A stretch of DNA of 64,000 nucleotides, taken from the IMG/VR virus record IMGVR_UViG_3300046526_000553, positions 64,001 to 128,000 of that record, one strand, 5' to 3'. The position numbers and the translations under genes were made by a program. Shown here in pieces: positions 8,279-16,453 of this stretch. This DNA is from a virus (taxonomy: Duplodnaviria; Caudoviricetes). The notes under the pieces were generated by a model, which was not told the origin of the DNA, ran no database searches, and saw only the letters and a program-made list of their open reading frames with translations. Every line of letters starts with the position of its first letter. The stretch's first letter is position 1.

Positions 8279-8359
8279 TTATACGCCTGCAATCAACCCT
8301 TTATCGCCATGATTGGCTTCGGGCTTATTAATGGTATTCGGGCGTATGAATTTACTCAT
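8279..8359 (-). CDS. leader peptide 3 (MSKFIRPNTINKPEANHGDKGLIAGV)
   Basis: leaderless ORF 7 nt below TTGCAT-17-TACACT (8366-8394); TTGCAGGC near stop complementary to terminator arm GCCTGCAA. Confidence 0.8.
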   Translation of the reverse strand: MSKFIRPNTINKPEANHGDKGLIAGV

Positions 8360-8398
8360 ATTGCTAGTGTAGCATACTGATTTTAGAAATGCAAGTTT

Positions 8399-8566
8399 TT
8401 ATTTACTGTTCCTTATCAGTTGTCGAATAATTTTACGTACCCACCCCGATGCGGTCATGCCTTCATCGTGCAAGATATCTATGAATTCGTCATAGGTATC
8501 CATGTCAACGTATACGACGATGCGTCTTTGCTGTTTTTGTTTTATCCTTGGGCTTAGTTGACTCAT
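8399..8566 (-). CDS. 55-aa possible ribbon-helix-helix protein
   Basis: MSQLSPRIKQKQQRRIVVYVDMDTYDEF...SGWVRKII read by eye; overlaps Ro60 3' end. Confidence 0.45.
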   Translation of the reverse strand: MSQLSPRIKQKQQRRIVVYVDMDTYDEFIDILHDEGMTASGWVRKIIRQLIRNSK

Positions 8567-10046
8567 ATAAATCAATCTTCTCTATCTTATTTACTAATGC
8601 GTTCTTATCGGTATTTAACAACTTTAACACGTCGAAAATTTTGTCTGAAAATCCAGCAATCTGATAGACCTGATTTTCAGGAAACTGCATCGTACCATAG
8701 CCACTTAAGTCAAAAGCGTAGATATATGGATTAGCACCTGTGCGCTTTTTATAATCCTCAAACTGAGCTTTTGGTGTGTAGTAACCTATCCATGCCTGCA
8801 TATCACTGAATATGAAGATGTGGTCATAGGCACGGCTAGCGGTTTCAAAGATAGCGTGAAAGTTAGTGCCATGACCTACAGAAGTGGGGGTGTTAGAACC
8901 ATAGCCATCGTTGCAGTCAGCTAACCAACGCAACTGACCTAGCACACTATCCTGTGTCACATTGTAATACTTGGCAGTATCACCAAAATACATGAAATCA
9001 GCATTGCTTTTCTTTGCCATTGCTACACCGAATAAAGCACCAATTTCGAAATTAGTAGCCTTGCTGCGTTCGCTCATAGAGCTATCCATGCTGCCACTGT
9101 GGTCAACGACCACTAAGGCATTATCGAAAGCAGGCATGTTATTGATTGAAATATCTAGTGCATTGCCAATAGCAGCCAGTGTTTTACGGGCTTCTGGACC
9201 TGCACCCCCATCAATTTCAGCAATTTCCTTATAGGCACTGAAATAACGGAACGGTAGAATCAATGATTTCTTGATAGCCTGCTCATTCTGCAATTGCTTC
9301 AAGGCAATATCAAGCACTTCAGGAGCCTGTTCAATAATATTTCTGAGGTTCCGTAGTAATGCAAACGCTGGAAGTTTGTCTTCCTTCAAAAGCTTAATCC
9401 ATGTATCGGCCTTAAGCTTATCCTTTTCAGCTTCGGTCTTTGCTTTCTGACCAGCCTGGACTAAGCCAGTCTCCCATGTATCAGAGGCACGTAAGGTACC
9501 TTTAATAAGCTGTTGAACAGCTTCGGTGTGAACCGGGTGAACTAGATTAGCTACATCAACAAGACTAACGTCCTTACCTTCGCCACGATATTTAGCTAAA
9601 TTGTAAGCGTTAAAATGTCCAAATGCCTGTGCAAAACCACGCTTAAGTGCATTAGGCTCTGTCTGATGACCAAGTGAATAATAATATGATAGAATTTCTG
9701 TCATATCATCTGGACGACGAATAACATTCTCGAAGAAATACTTTGTCCATGCTTCGCCCTTTACTCGATTAGCAATTTCACCAGCAACCACGTGGCTGAC
9801 ACTACGCATACCGAATTCATTACGAGCGTACACAGCAGCTTTGGCTGCAAACATAGGGTCTACGCTATTAAGTAATTCCTTGAGTTTATCAATGCCATCA
9901 TCAGAACTTCTATAATATTGATTCTGTACAAAACTTGTTAATAGGATTGATACAAACTCCAGCTTAGGGTTTTGCTGGAAAGCTTGACCACCAGCATTAT
10001 TAATAACCATAGTTGGTGAAGTTGTAGCGTTGAATCTACTGCTCAT
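8505..10046 (-). CDS. rsr: Ro60/TROVE-vWA RNA-binding protein
   Basis: NNAGGQAF N-terminus, YARNEFGMRS, ALLRNLRN TROVE motif, DHSGSM MIDAS vWA, IFSDMQ, IAGFSD. Confidence 0.95.
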   Translation of the reverse strand: MSSRFNATTSPTMVINNAGGQAFQQNPKLEFVSILLTSFVQNQYYRSSDDGIDKLKELLNSVDPMFAAKAAVYARNEFGMRSVSHVVAGEIANRVKGEAWTKYFFENVIRRPDDMTEILSYYYSLGHQTEPNALKRGFAQAFGHFNAYNLAKYRGEGKDVSLVDVANLVHPVHTEAVQQLIKGTLRASDTWETGLVQAGQKAKTEAEKDKLKADTWIKLLKEDKLPAFALLRNLRNIIEQAPEVLDIALKQLQNEQAIKKSLILPFRYFSAYKEIAEIDGGAGPEARKTLAAIGNALDISINNMPAFDNALVVVDHSGSMDSSMSERSKATNFEIGALFGVAMAKKSNADFMYFGDTAKYYNVTQDSVLGQLRWLADCNDGYGSNTPTSVGHGTNFHAIFETASRAYDHIFIFSDMQAWIGYYTPKAQFEDYKKRTGANPYIYAFDLSGYGTMQFPENQVYQIAGFSDKIFDVLKLLNTDKNALVNKIEKIDLYESTKPKDKTKTAKTHRRIR

Positions 10047-10059
10047 CTCATTCTCCTTG

Positions 10060-10128
10060 TAGGCGAGTAAAGTGCGGTTTGTGGGTTTTCAATTCCATTT
10101 GAAGTAACAAACCGCTCGCTGCGCCCTA
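10060..10128 (-). ncRNA. short Y-RNA-like gene (Y3)
   Basis: GCGAGCGGTTTG..TACTTC 5' arm pairs with CAAACCGCACTTTACTCGC; immediately 5' of rsr. Confidence 0.75.
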
Positions 10129-10146
10129 GTTGATAAAGTACCTTTA

Positions 10147-10276
10147 TGTGCGAGTAAATCATGGTTGGCGTTTCCCTTTCGGGATTCAGTTGGAGTTGAA
10201 CCAACAATCTTTACAATTGAAATGTAACGCTTAAACCAAATAAGCTATGAAGTAGCCAGACCATTCGCTACGCACA
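10147..10276 (-). ncRNA. Y-RNA-like gene with tRNA-like domain (Y2)
   Basis: same end motifs; internal D arm, anticodon arm and GGTTCAACTCC T arm. Confidence 0.8.
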
Positions 10277-10291
10277 GTGTAAAAGTTCTAA

Positions 10292-10424
10292 TGTACGGGT
10301 AAATTGTGGTTTGCAGATGATGACTTTCGTCATCGTTTCCAGCTTTCGCCGTTTTAGGGTTTGAACCTAATATTACATTTGTGGATGTAAATTATCCGAA
10401 GTAGCAAACCGCTCGCCTCGTACA
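10292..10424 (-). ncRNA. Y-RNA-like gene with partial tRNA-like domain (Y1)
   Basis: same end motifs; T arm TTAGGTTCAAACCCTAA; promoter TTGACT-17-TATTAT at 10431-10459. Confidence 0.8.
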
Positions 10425-10518
10425 CATCCTATAATAGGGCATAATTGTGCACAAGTCAACACCTTTTTTATAAATTAAAAAGCCACCTGATAAAGATGGC
10501 TTCCTAATCTACCCGTTT

Positions 10519-11265
10519 TTATCTTTGAAAGGCTTTTCTACTTCTTAGGTAGATAAATCTTCCGGCATAACCGAGCGCACTAACGCCTAGAAATGCTGGA
10601 ACGATAGAATTGCCTGCTCCAGTATTTGGCAATGTGGTCGGTTGATTTTGCGCAGTTGGCGTGAATGTCTTTGCTGGCTCACCTGCTCCCTTGCCTGTGT
10701 ACAATGGCGGTGGTACCGATGGAGGTGTTCCAGTAGGTGATGGCGGAGGAGTTACTGGTGCTGGAGGAGTAATCGGCGGGGGTACTGGAGGGGGTGTAGT
10801 TTTATCGCAAGGGCATGGTTTATTAACATGCCTCAGGTGATGTATATACACCTTTTTATCACAAGGTTTCTTGTGCTCATAATTTTTCTGATAAGATGTT
10901 TTAGTATCAACTTTCGTGTATGTCTCTTCGTGTGATACTTCTTTTTTCTTCTTATCACAGGGCTTCTTTTCATGTTCATTTACAATCCGTGGATGAGACT
11001 GTGGGATGACATCAGAATCTGATAAATACGGTTTCTGATATTCAGGCTGTTGTTGATTATCTTTCATATTCTGATTATTGCAATCACTATGATGGCTTTG
11101 TTTATCCTGATTATCCCAATTAGTATCTTTTGTATAGTGTGAATTATCCTGCTGACCACCGCTACAATCGATTGTTGCTAAGGCTGGTGCTGTACTAAGA
11201 GCAAAAACCCCAACCACAATAGTCGGAATGCTCCATACATATTGCCTATATTTATGTTTAATCAT
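10519..11265 (-). CDS. secreted LPXTG-type cell-surface protein
   Basis: signal peptide, Pro-rich linker, LPNTG + TM + basic tail. Confidence 0.8.
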   Translation of the reverse strand: MIKHKYRQYVWSIPTIVVGVFALSTAPALATIDCSGGQQDNSHYTKDTNWDNQDKQSHHSDCNNQNMKDNQQQPEYQKPYLSDSDVIPQSHPRIVNEHEKKPCDKKKKEVSHEETYTKVDTKTSYQKNYEHKKPCDKKVYIHHLRHVNKPCPCDKTTPPPVPPPITPPAPVTPPPSPTGTPPSVPPPLYTGKGAGEPAKTFTPTAQNQPTTLPNTGAGNSIVPAFLGVSALGYAGRFIYLRSRKAFQR

Positions 11266-11333
11266 TTTAATGACCTCCTTTAATGATATTATCCCTTATT
11301 ATACACCATCATTTCGTTTTGTGCACCACCAAA

Positions 11334-11561
11334 TTACTTTTTAATGCTGGACAAGTGATAATAGCCACAATTATCACAGAAATAATAATCTATATCTTCA
11401 TCTGAATGAGTACTAGCAAAAGCAGCTGCACTGTTCGCTTCATTCGGTGTATGATATGTTGTTTTTTGTTCGCAGCTATGTTTTACATAATATGGGACAT
11501 TGTCAAAATTATGTCTACTAAACCGCTGAGATATATTTCGAATACGTGATGCTTTGCCCAT
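11334..11561 (-). CDS. small Zn-binding phage protein
   Basis: C..K..Y.T..EA...Y.CDNCGYYHLSS. Confidence 0.65.
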   Translation of the reverse strand: MGKASRIRNISQRFSRHNFDNVPYYVKHSCEQKTTYHTPNEANSAAAFASTHSDEDIDYYFCDNCGYYHLSSIKK

Positions 11562-11576
11562 GATTTTATTATACGC

Positions 11577-11789
11577 CTATTTTAGCTTGATGTTCGGGAT
11601 AGTAGATTCCCTTGCAACATAGACCTTGAATTCATCAAATAATATATTTCTTAAGAATTTATCGCATTGTTCGCACAAACCGAGTGACCACGAATCAAAA
11701 TTATAAACATGGTGGATTTTTATACCATCGGATTCAATGTGTTCGCAGTTTCTAAAGATAGGGTTAGGTAGGTTGGCTGCTTTGGTCAT
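11577..11789 (-). CDS. hypothetical protein (true start MTKAAN)
   Basis: ATG 7 nt below GGTGGTATAAT; longer track ORF runs into the repeat array. Confidence 0.55.
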   Translation of the reverse strand: MTKAANLPNPIFRNCEHIESDGIKIHHVYNFDSWSLGLCEQCDKFLRNILFDEFKVYVARESTIPNIKLK

Positions 11790-11814
11790 ATAGTTATTAT
11801 ACCACCTGCAGCCA

Positions 11815-12426
11815 ACCTGTGTTAGGAGAAGAGTAAAGCCATGCCTTGCCTGCCTTTCCGTACCAACAAGCGCTACCTCGACCGGACACAACTCAACTCG
11901 TCTTGAGGCGACCGGACTCGTGGCGACTCGCCTGCCATGGCTGGACGCTTCGAGACTCGCGATGACCGGACCGGACATCCACGACTCGCTCAGACCTAGC
12001 GCTCCCAGTCACATCTGGACTCGCCGGGACGTGGCTTGACTCACCTGCACTACCTTGATTATGCGGAAACCGGTCATGACAAAACCTATCTCGAAACGTC
12101 TCGTCTCAACACAACATGCCTGCCTTGAGGAGACTTGACGCACCTGGACCTAACTCGACTCGGCTCAACTCGTCGTGAGGAGACTTGACCGGACACTCCT
12201 AGCCTGCCATGAATTGACTCACCTTGACCCGTCAGGAGATGACTTGACCGGACGCACCTCGTCTTGCCTGCCCTGCCTGGACAACCCCAACTTGCCACGA
12301 AAAGAGGTGTCTGAACTTATTGCGACTTTCCCAGCCTGCTATTCCACTCCATGTCATGCCTAGACAATCGCACCGGGACATGACGTGACGAAACGTGACT
12401 CGCCTGCCCTGTCTAAGTTATTAGAC
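11815..12426 (-). ncRNA. VIPR-like guide array A: units of G(G/T/A)Y-NN pentamers separated by GGCA
   Basis: strict 5-nt periodicity, e.g. ggcta ggagt gtccg gtcaa gtctc ctcac gacga gttga gccga gtcga; about 8 units delimited by GGCAGGC. Confidence 0.85.
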
Positions 12427-12996
12427 CTAGACCGGAACAGCTACAAATCCATTAGTCGTACTAATATCTTCGTTTTTACTGTTCTTATCAGCTCCCTTAA
12501 TCCGAGCACGATTTGAAGTTTTCTTCGCCGGTTTAGATATAGCCACATCTTCTTTCTCTTTGGCTTCATCGACCGCTTGCCACACTTTAGCTAATTCAAC
12601 AATATGCTTGTATTTATTCTCAACATTAGTTAATTCAACTAAAGCAGTTTTTAAAAACTGTTCCCGTAAGTCTGGACGTTCCAAAACATCTGTCGTCCAT
12701 CGAAAGCCTCCACCTGCGTCTCTGTCAATATCCAGAGAGGTTAGAACTCTAACTTCGGTATCTAATTGTTCAGAATAAACAGTAAAGCTTTTGATAAGCT
12801 GCCTAGCTTCTTCCAGATTCCAACGATTAGCAGCTTCATCTTTATCCCAAGTGAAAAATTTATGAAGTGGGCTTGATGGCTTTCTAGCTGATTCAACAAG
12901 TGCTTCTTCTTTTAACAAACCATTAGCATCGATGTTCATTAACCTGCTAAATTCAGACTGAACTTCTGCCGTTAGTTTTTTCGGAAAACTATTCAT
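12427..12996 (-). CDS. accessory protein of the RAMP/array operon
   Basis: AAGGAG RBS; GLL..EALVESAR.PSSPLHKFFTWD.DEAA.RW.LEEARQLI motif; sits between RAMP gene and array. Confidence 0.8.
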   Translation of the reverse strand: MNSFPKKLTAEVQSEFSRLMNIDANGLLKEEALVESARKPSSPLHKFFTWDKDEAANRWNLEEARQLIKSFTVYSEQLDTEVRVLTSLDIDRDAGGGFRWTTDVLERPDLREQFLKTALVELTNVENKYKHIVELAKVWQAVDEAKEKEDVAISKPAKKTSNRARIKGADKNSKNEDISTTNGFVAVPV

Positions 12997-13031
12997 GTCT
13001 TCTCCTTATATTATTAATATTATTATTGAAA

Positions 13032-13170
13032 GGCTGGCGCTGCTGGAGTATAAACCATATTGATTTATTAATCAAGCTTTGCCAGCCTTGCCGTGACGAA
13101 CCACGACTGGTCTTGTGGCATCTGGACTCAACAAGACTCGACTCGCCTGCCAAACATTGCCTTGACTTAT
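13032..13170 (-). ncRNA. single pentamer guide unit plus hairpin between the two operon genes
   Basis: ggca ggcga gtcga gtctt gttga gtcca gatgc cacaa gacca gtcgt ggttc gtcac ggcaa; GGCTGGC/GCCAGCC stem. Confidence 0.75.
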
Positions 13171-13188
13171 AAGAAATAGTAAATTAAA

Positions 13189-13884
13189 CTACTTCTTAAC
13201 TTTGCTTACCTTTTTAGCAGGTTCCTTACCATCACTAGGGCTTGGGCTCTCGACATCAAATGTGCCAAAACCCAAACCAGCTGATGCTCGTGAATCAGGT
13301 CTTCCTTCACCTAGACCAACTTGCAGACCAACTCGACGGAGCAAATTTAACATATCTTCCAATGAAAATTGGTCTTCGTCAAATTTTATGACTGGCAAAG
13401 CATACCATTCACGCCACAAAGGACGAACACGAATGTCAAAAACACCTGTTGCATTTCTTACAGCAGCTTCGTTTCTTTCAGGTTCCCCGTAGATGCGTAC
13501 TAAAGGTTGCCCATCAACTTTGTCGAAACCTTGAGCTTTAACAAAGATGGAAAGCTTTGCGCGAGTCATTGTGAACCCAGTCAAACGACATGCACTGATG
13601 GCTGCAGCTCGAATAGATGAAGCTGGAATCCCAATCCAACCCTCAATGCTCTTATGCATTGCTTGGTGGTAATCATCATCGAAGTTACGGGCTTCCCGTA
13701 CTTTCTTGGCTCCTTGCTTAGTTGAGCCATCCATTTTGCTCATCATCGCTTGCATAGCTTTTTGGCTAAAGCGAGATTGCATATACGGTGCATTACCTTT
13801 CAATTTAACCTGCACCGCTTTTATACGAGGCGCTGAAATTGCAACAGCGACCTCTTTTTTAGTAGATTTTTTTGGACTTGGCAT
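13189..13884 (-). CDS. Cas7/RAMP-superfamily-like protein (Vipr-like)
   Basis: beta1 VKLKGNAPY, GIPASSIRAAAISA (RAMP IPxSS helix), C-terminal Gly-rich loop GLGEGRP...GLGFGTFDV; no cas1/2/3/5 or CRISPR nearby. Confidence 0.8.
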   Translation of the reverse strand: MPSPKKSTKKEVAVAISAPRIKAVQVKLKGNAPYMQSRFSQKAMQAMMSKMDGSTKQGAKKVREARNFDDDYHQAMHKSIEGWIGIPASSIRAAAISACRLTGFTMTRAKLSIFVKAQGFDKVDGQPLVRIYGEPERNEAAVRNATGVFDIRVRPLWREWYALPVIKFDEDQFSLEDMLNLLRRVGLQVGLGEGRPDSRASAGLGFGTFDVESPSPSDGKEPAKKVSKVKK

Positions 13885-13923
13885 ATAACTCTTCTCCTTT
13901 ATTGTTAAGTTTATGCTTTATCC

Positions 13924-13952
13924 ACTATACACCAACGTAACAATTATGTCAA
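13924..13952 (-). promoter_or_regulatory. promoter of RAMP operon
   Basis: TTGACA-17 nt (ending TTGGTG)-TATAGT. Confidence 0.8.
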
Positions 13953-14230
13953 GTCATTTTTTTGTCTACATTTTAGTTCAATACTTGGACATGAACCACA
14001 TATTTCAGTTCATTATTTATTGAATTATTAATATACAAAATTGACAACAGGACAATAATTAATACGAATAACCCTAAAATAATAAGCTCCCGCAAATCCT
14101 TCTTCACCAACATCCTTTGATGATATTGTACAGCTTTTTGTTTCATTTTAATTTATAAATGTGGTTAAATTATTCCCATGAGTAGAGACAAGCCAAAACG
14201 AGAAAAAAAGAAGCCTAAGAAACCAAAGAG

Positions 14231-15559
14231 TCAGTAATACATACCGCCCAAAGTATCATCAACGAACAAGAACACTGTCCACATGACAGAACTTATTACT
14301 ATGCCGAAGAAAACTATCCAGAATCGCTGCCATCCACTGATGGCTATATCACCTATGAGATAACCGTAGCCTTTGTTTTTGTTCTGAATGCACTCCATAC
14401 ACGGACGTTTGAATTTGTGAATTCCATAAACTGTATTAGTTAAAATACCACTATTATTTTTATGCGGAATACCTATCACAACATCAGGGTCGAAATCTAC
14501 CCCTGTTAAGTTGTTCTGAATGTCCAAAAATAGAGCTTCATTTCCGGTTGGAAGACCACCAGAAGCTCGTGCCCAAGCAATTTTATTACTGCTATCATCA
14601 ACACCAACCACCACCACAACCGCATTCTTGGATAATGCATACTTATGGAAGTATAGTGGAGACTTCCAATAAGCAAAGAGAGCTTGACTATAATCGTCTG
14701 GGTTAGGGACGACAGACTTATCCACAGCTACCATGTGGATATCCCCCTGTAACTCCTTACCAAGATAGCCATTTAGTCTGTTGAGAGACTCATTCCAGGC
14801 TTTAGTATTAGCGCTAAACTTCACTGTGCTAAATTTATCTGCCATATACTCGTTGTATATGGGGTCTGAATAGTTTTTGGTTACTGGAGGCAATAGTCCT
14901 TTCTTCAAATATTGGCTGATATCATCACTGTAAGCATGTAGAATGGTCTGGTCACTAGCTAAAAAGAAGTTTTTGTAGTTATGGAGCTTCGTAACGCCTC
15001 CAGGCTTGCCTGAGTCTATCCTATTCTTAGCTTGCGACCATAAAGATGGCGGTCCTGTGGGGATACTACCTGATATATTTTCGCCACTTCGCCAAGCTTT
15101 CTTAACTTTGCCTGCATAAGCTCCACCAATTGGATAATCACCTAATGTGGTAGCAACGATATAGTGATATTCTTCAGTCAAATAGGGGCAATGATGATAT
15201 TCAGTCGTGTAATAGGTGTGTTCATGCCCTTTGCTGTCTTCGTAATGGTGAACGACAATATATGGGTCACAGCTGTAGGTATAATCACAATCGCCATCTC
15301 TTTCACACATCACCACTTTCGTGTTAGTGGCTGTTTCATAACCGTTAAAATATTCTTTGTAACTTTCCCTGTTGTTAATAATTATGTGTTCAGTCAAAGG
15401 GGCAAATAACAGTAGAAATAGGGTGCTGATAATCAACCCCAATATAAATTCCCTCTTACTGACTTTAATCGTGCCAGTGGGGATATTGGAATTAGTAACT
15501 ATATATGCAACACCGCCTATTATTGCACTGAGAATAATGGCGATTATTGCCGATAGCAT
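14231..15559 (-). CDS. membrane protein with large extracellular domain
   Basis: two N-terminal TMs, Cys-rich segment, C-terminal TM; follows LemA-like gene. Confidence 0.75.
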   Translation of the reverse strand: MLSAIIAIILSAIIGGVAYIVTNSNIPTGTIKVSKREFILGLIISTLFLLLFAPLTEHIIINNRESYKEYFNGYETATNTKVVMCERDGDCDYTYSCDPYIVVHHYEDSKGHEHTYYTTEYHHCPYLTEEYHYIVATTLGDYPIGGAYAGKVKKAWRSGENISGSIPTGPPSLWSQAKNRIDSGKPGGVTKLHNYKNFFLASDQTILHAYSDDISQYLKKGLLPPVTKNYSDPIYNEYMADKFSTVKFSANTKAWNESLNRLNGYLGKELQGDIHMVAVDKSVVPNPDDYSQALFAYWKSPLYFHKYALSKNAVVVVVGVDDSSNKIAWARASGGLPTGNEALFLDIQNNLTGVDFDPDVVIGIPHKNNSGILTNTVYGIHKFKRPCMECIQNKNKGYGYLIGDIAISGWQRFWIVFFGIVISSVMWTVFLFVDDTLGGMYY

Positions 15560-15561
15560 AA

Positions 15562-15774
15562 TTATGATTCTTCTGCAGGCTTATACTCACCTTGGTATAG
15601 ACCCATTTGTTCACCATCAAAATCAATATCGATTATATTTAATTTGCAATTCTCACAATATACTTGCAAGCCTTCTTTTGTCCAACCAACTGCTAATTGA
15701 CCCGACATACATTTTTTGCAATGAAAATATATATCAATGCGTGGTTCAATTTCATTATCCATTTTAATTACCAA
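15562..15774 (-). CDS. small Zn-finger protein
   Basis: HCKKC...VGWTKEGLQVYCENC. Confidence 0.6.
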   Translation of the reverse strand: MVIKMDNEIEPRIDIYFHCKKCMSGQLAVGWTKEGLQVYCENCKLNIIDIDFDGEQMGLYQGEYKPAEES

Positions 15775-16453
15775 AGAATTTCTGGGGCTCTAAATCACCG
15801 CTTTTGAAAGCATTGGAGGTAGTTCCTGAAACTATGACATGCGTCATGATTACATAGGCTGTCTGTCCTGTTTGCTGCCCATTACCATTATTTACCACCA
15901 AATTAGTGGTAGGAGCTCCAGTAATATGAGCAACGACCCAAGAACGGATAATCCCAGATTTACGCCATTGGTCATATTCCCGTAATTCATCCTGTAGTTT
16001 CTGTTGATTATTGCTAAAAGCGGTTCTACCGCTGGAAATAGTATCTAAAATACGGCTGTATGAACTATTCAGTGTATCAAGATTTGGATAAGCTTCATGT
16101 ATAGCTGAGAATAATGACCCACCAGTTGGGTTTATGCTAGTAGGAGCGCCAGTTTTACCCTGATACCTCCCTGAAACAGCATCTAACATTATTTTATCGA
16201 AACTAGCACTTTGAGCCTGTGTCACTCCAGCCTGTTCACGGGCTGTGGATAAAAAAGCGTCCAATCCAGCTTTCAAGCTCTCATATTGCCGTGACAATTG
16301 TACCTCTCGCTGCACATCAGCCTTCTGGAGACCGTTTACATACGAGAACATAGAGATTATCAGGATTAGTATTAAAAGTATCACAGAGATGCTTATAATA
16401 AGCCTCTTGGATAATTTAAATGTTGGCCTCGGTTCACTTTGCTCGTTTGGCAT
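15764..16453 (-). CDS. LemA-like membrane-anchored helical protein
   Basis: N-terminal TM, EAYPNL motif, ISSGRTAFSNNQ..L.D. Confidence 0.6.
   Translation of the reverse strand: MPNEQSEPRPTFKLSKRLIISISVILLILILIISMFSYVNGLQKADVQREVQLSRQYESLKAGLDAFLSTAREQAGVTQAQSASFDKIMLDAVSGRYQGKTGAPTSINPTGGSLFSAIHEAYPNLDTLNSSYSRILDTISSGRTAFSNNQQKLQDELREYDQWRKSGIIRSWVVAHITGAPTTNLVVNNGNGQQTGQTAYVIMTHVIVSGTTSNAFKSGDLEPQKFFGN

Noticed and set aside
10147-10276. UGA suppressor tRNA or recoded genetic code
   Set aside because: no acceptor end; long ORFs are intact in code 11 and several genes end in TGA
11790-12363. ORFs 12086-12298, 12175-12363 and the N-terminal extension of 11577-11978
   Set aside because: Arg/Ser/Val-rich translations are by-products of the GC-rich pentamer array; no RBS
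11815-12426. CRISPR array
   Set aside because: no 23-47 bp identical repeats with unique spacers; constant part is only 3 nt per pentamer plus GGCA; no cas1/cas2
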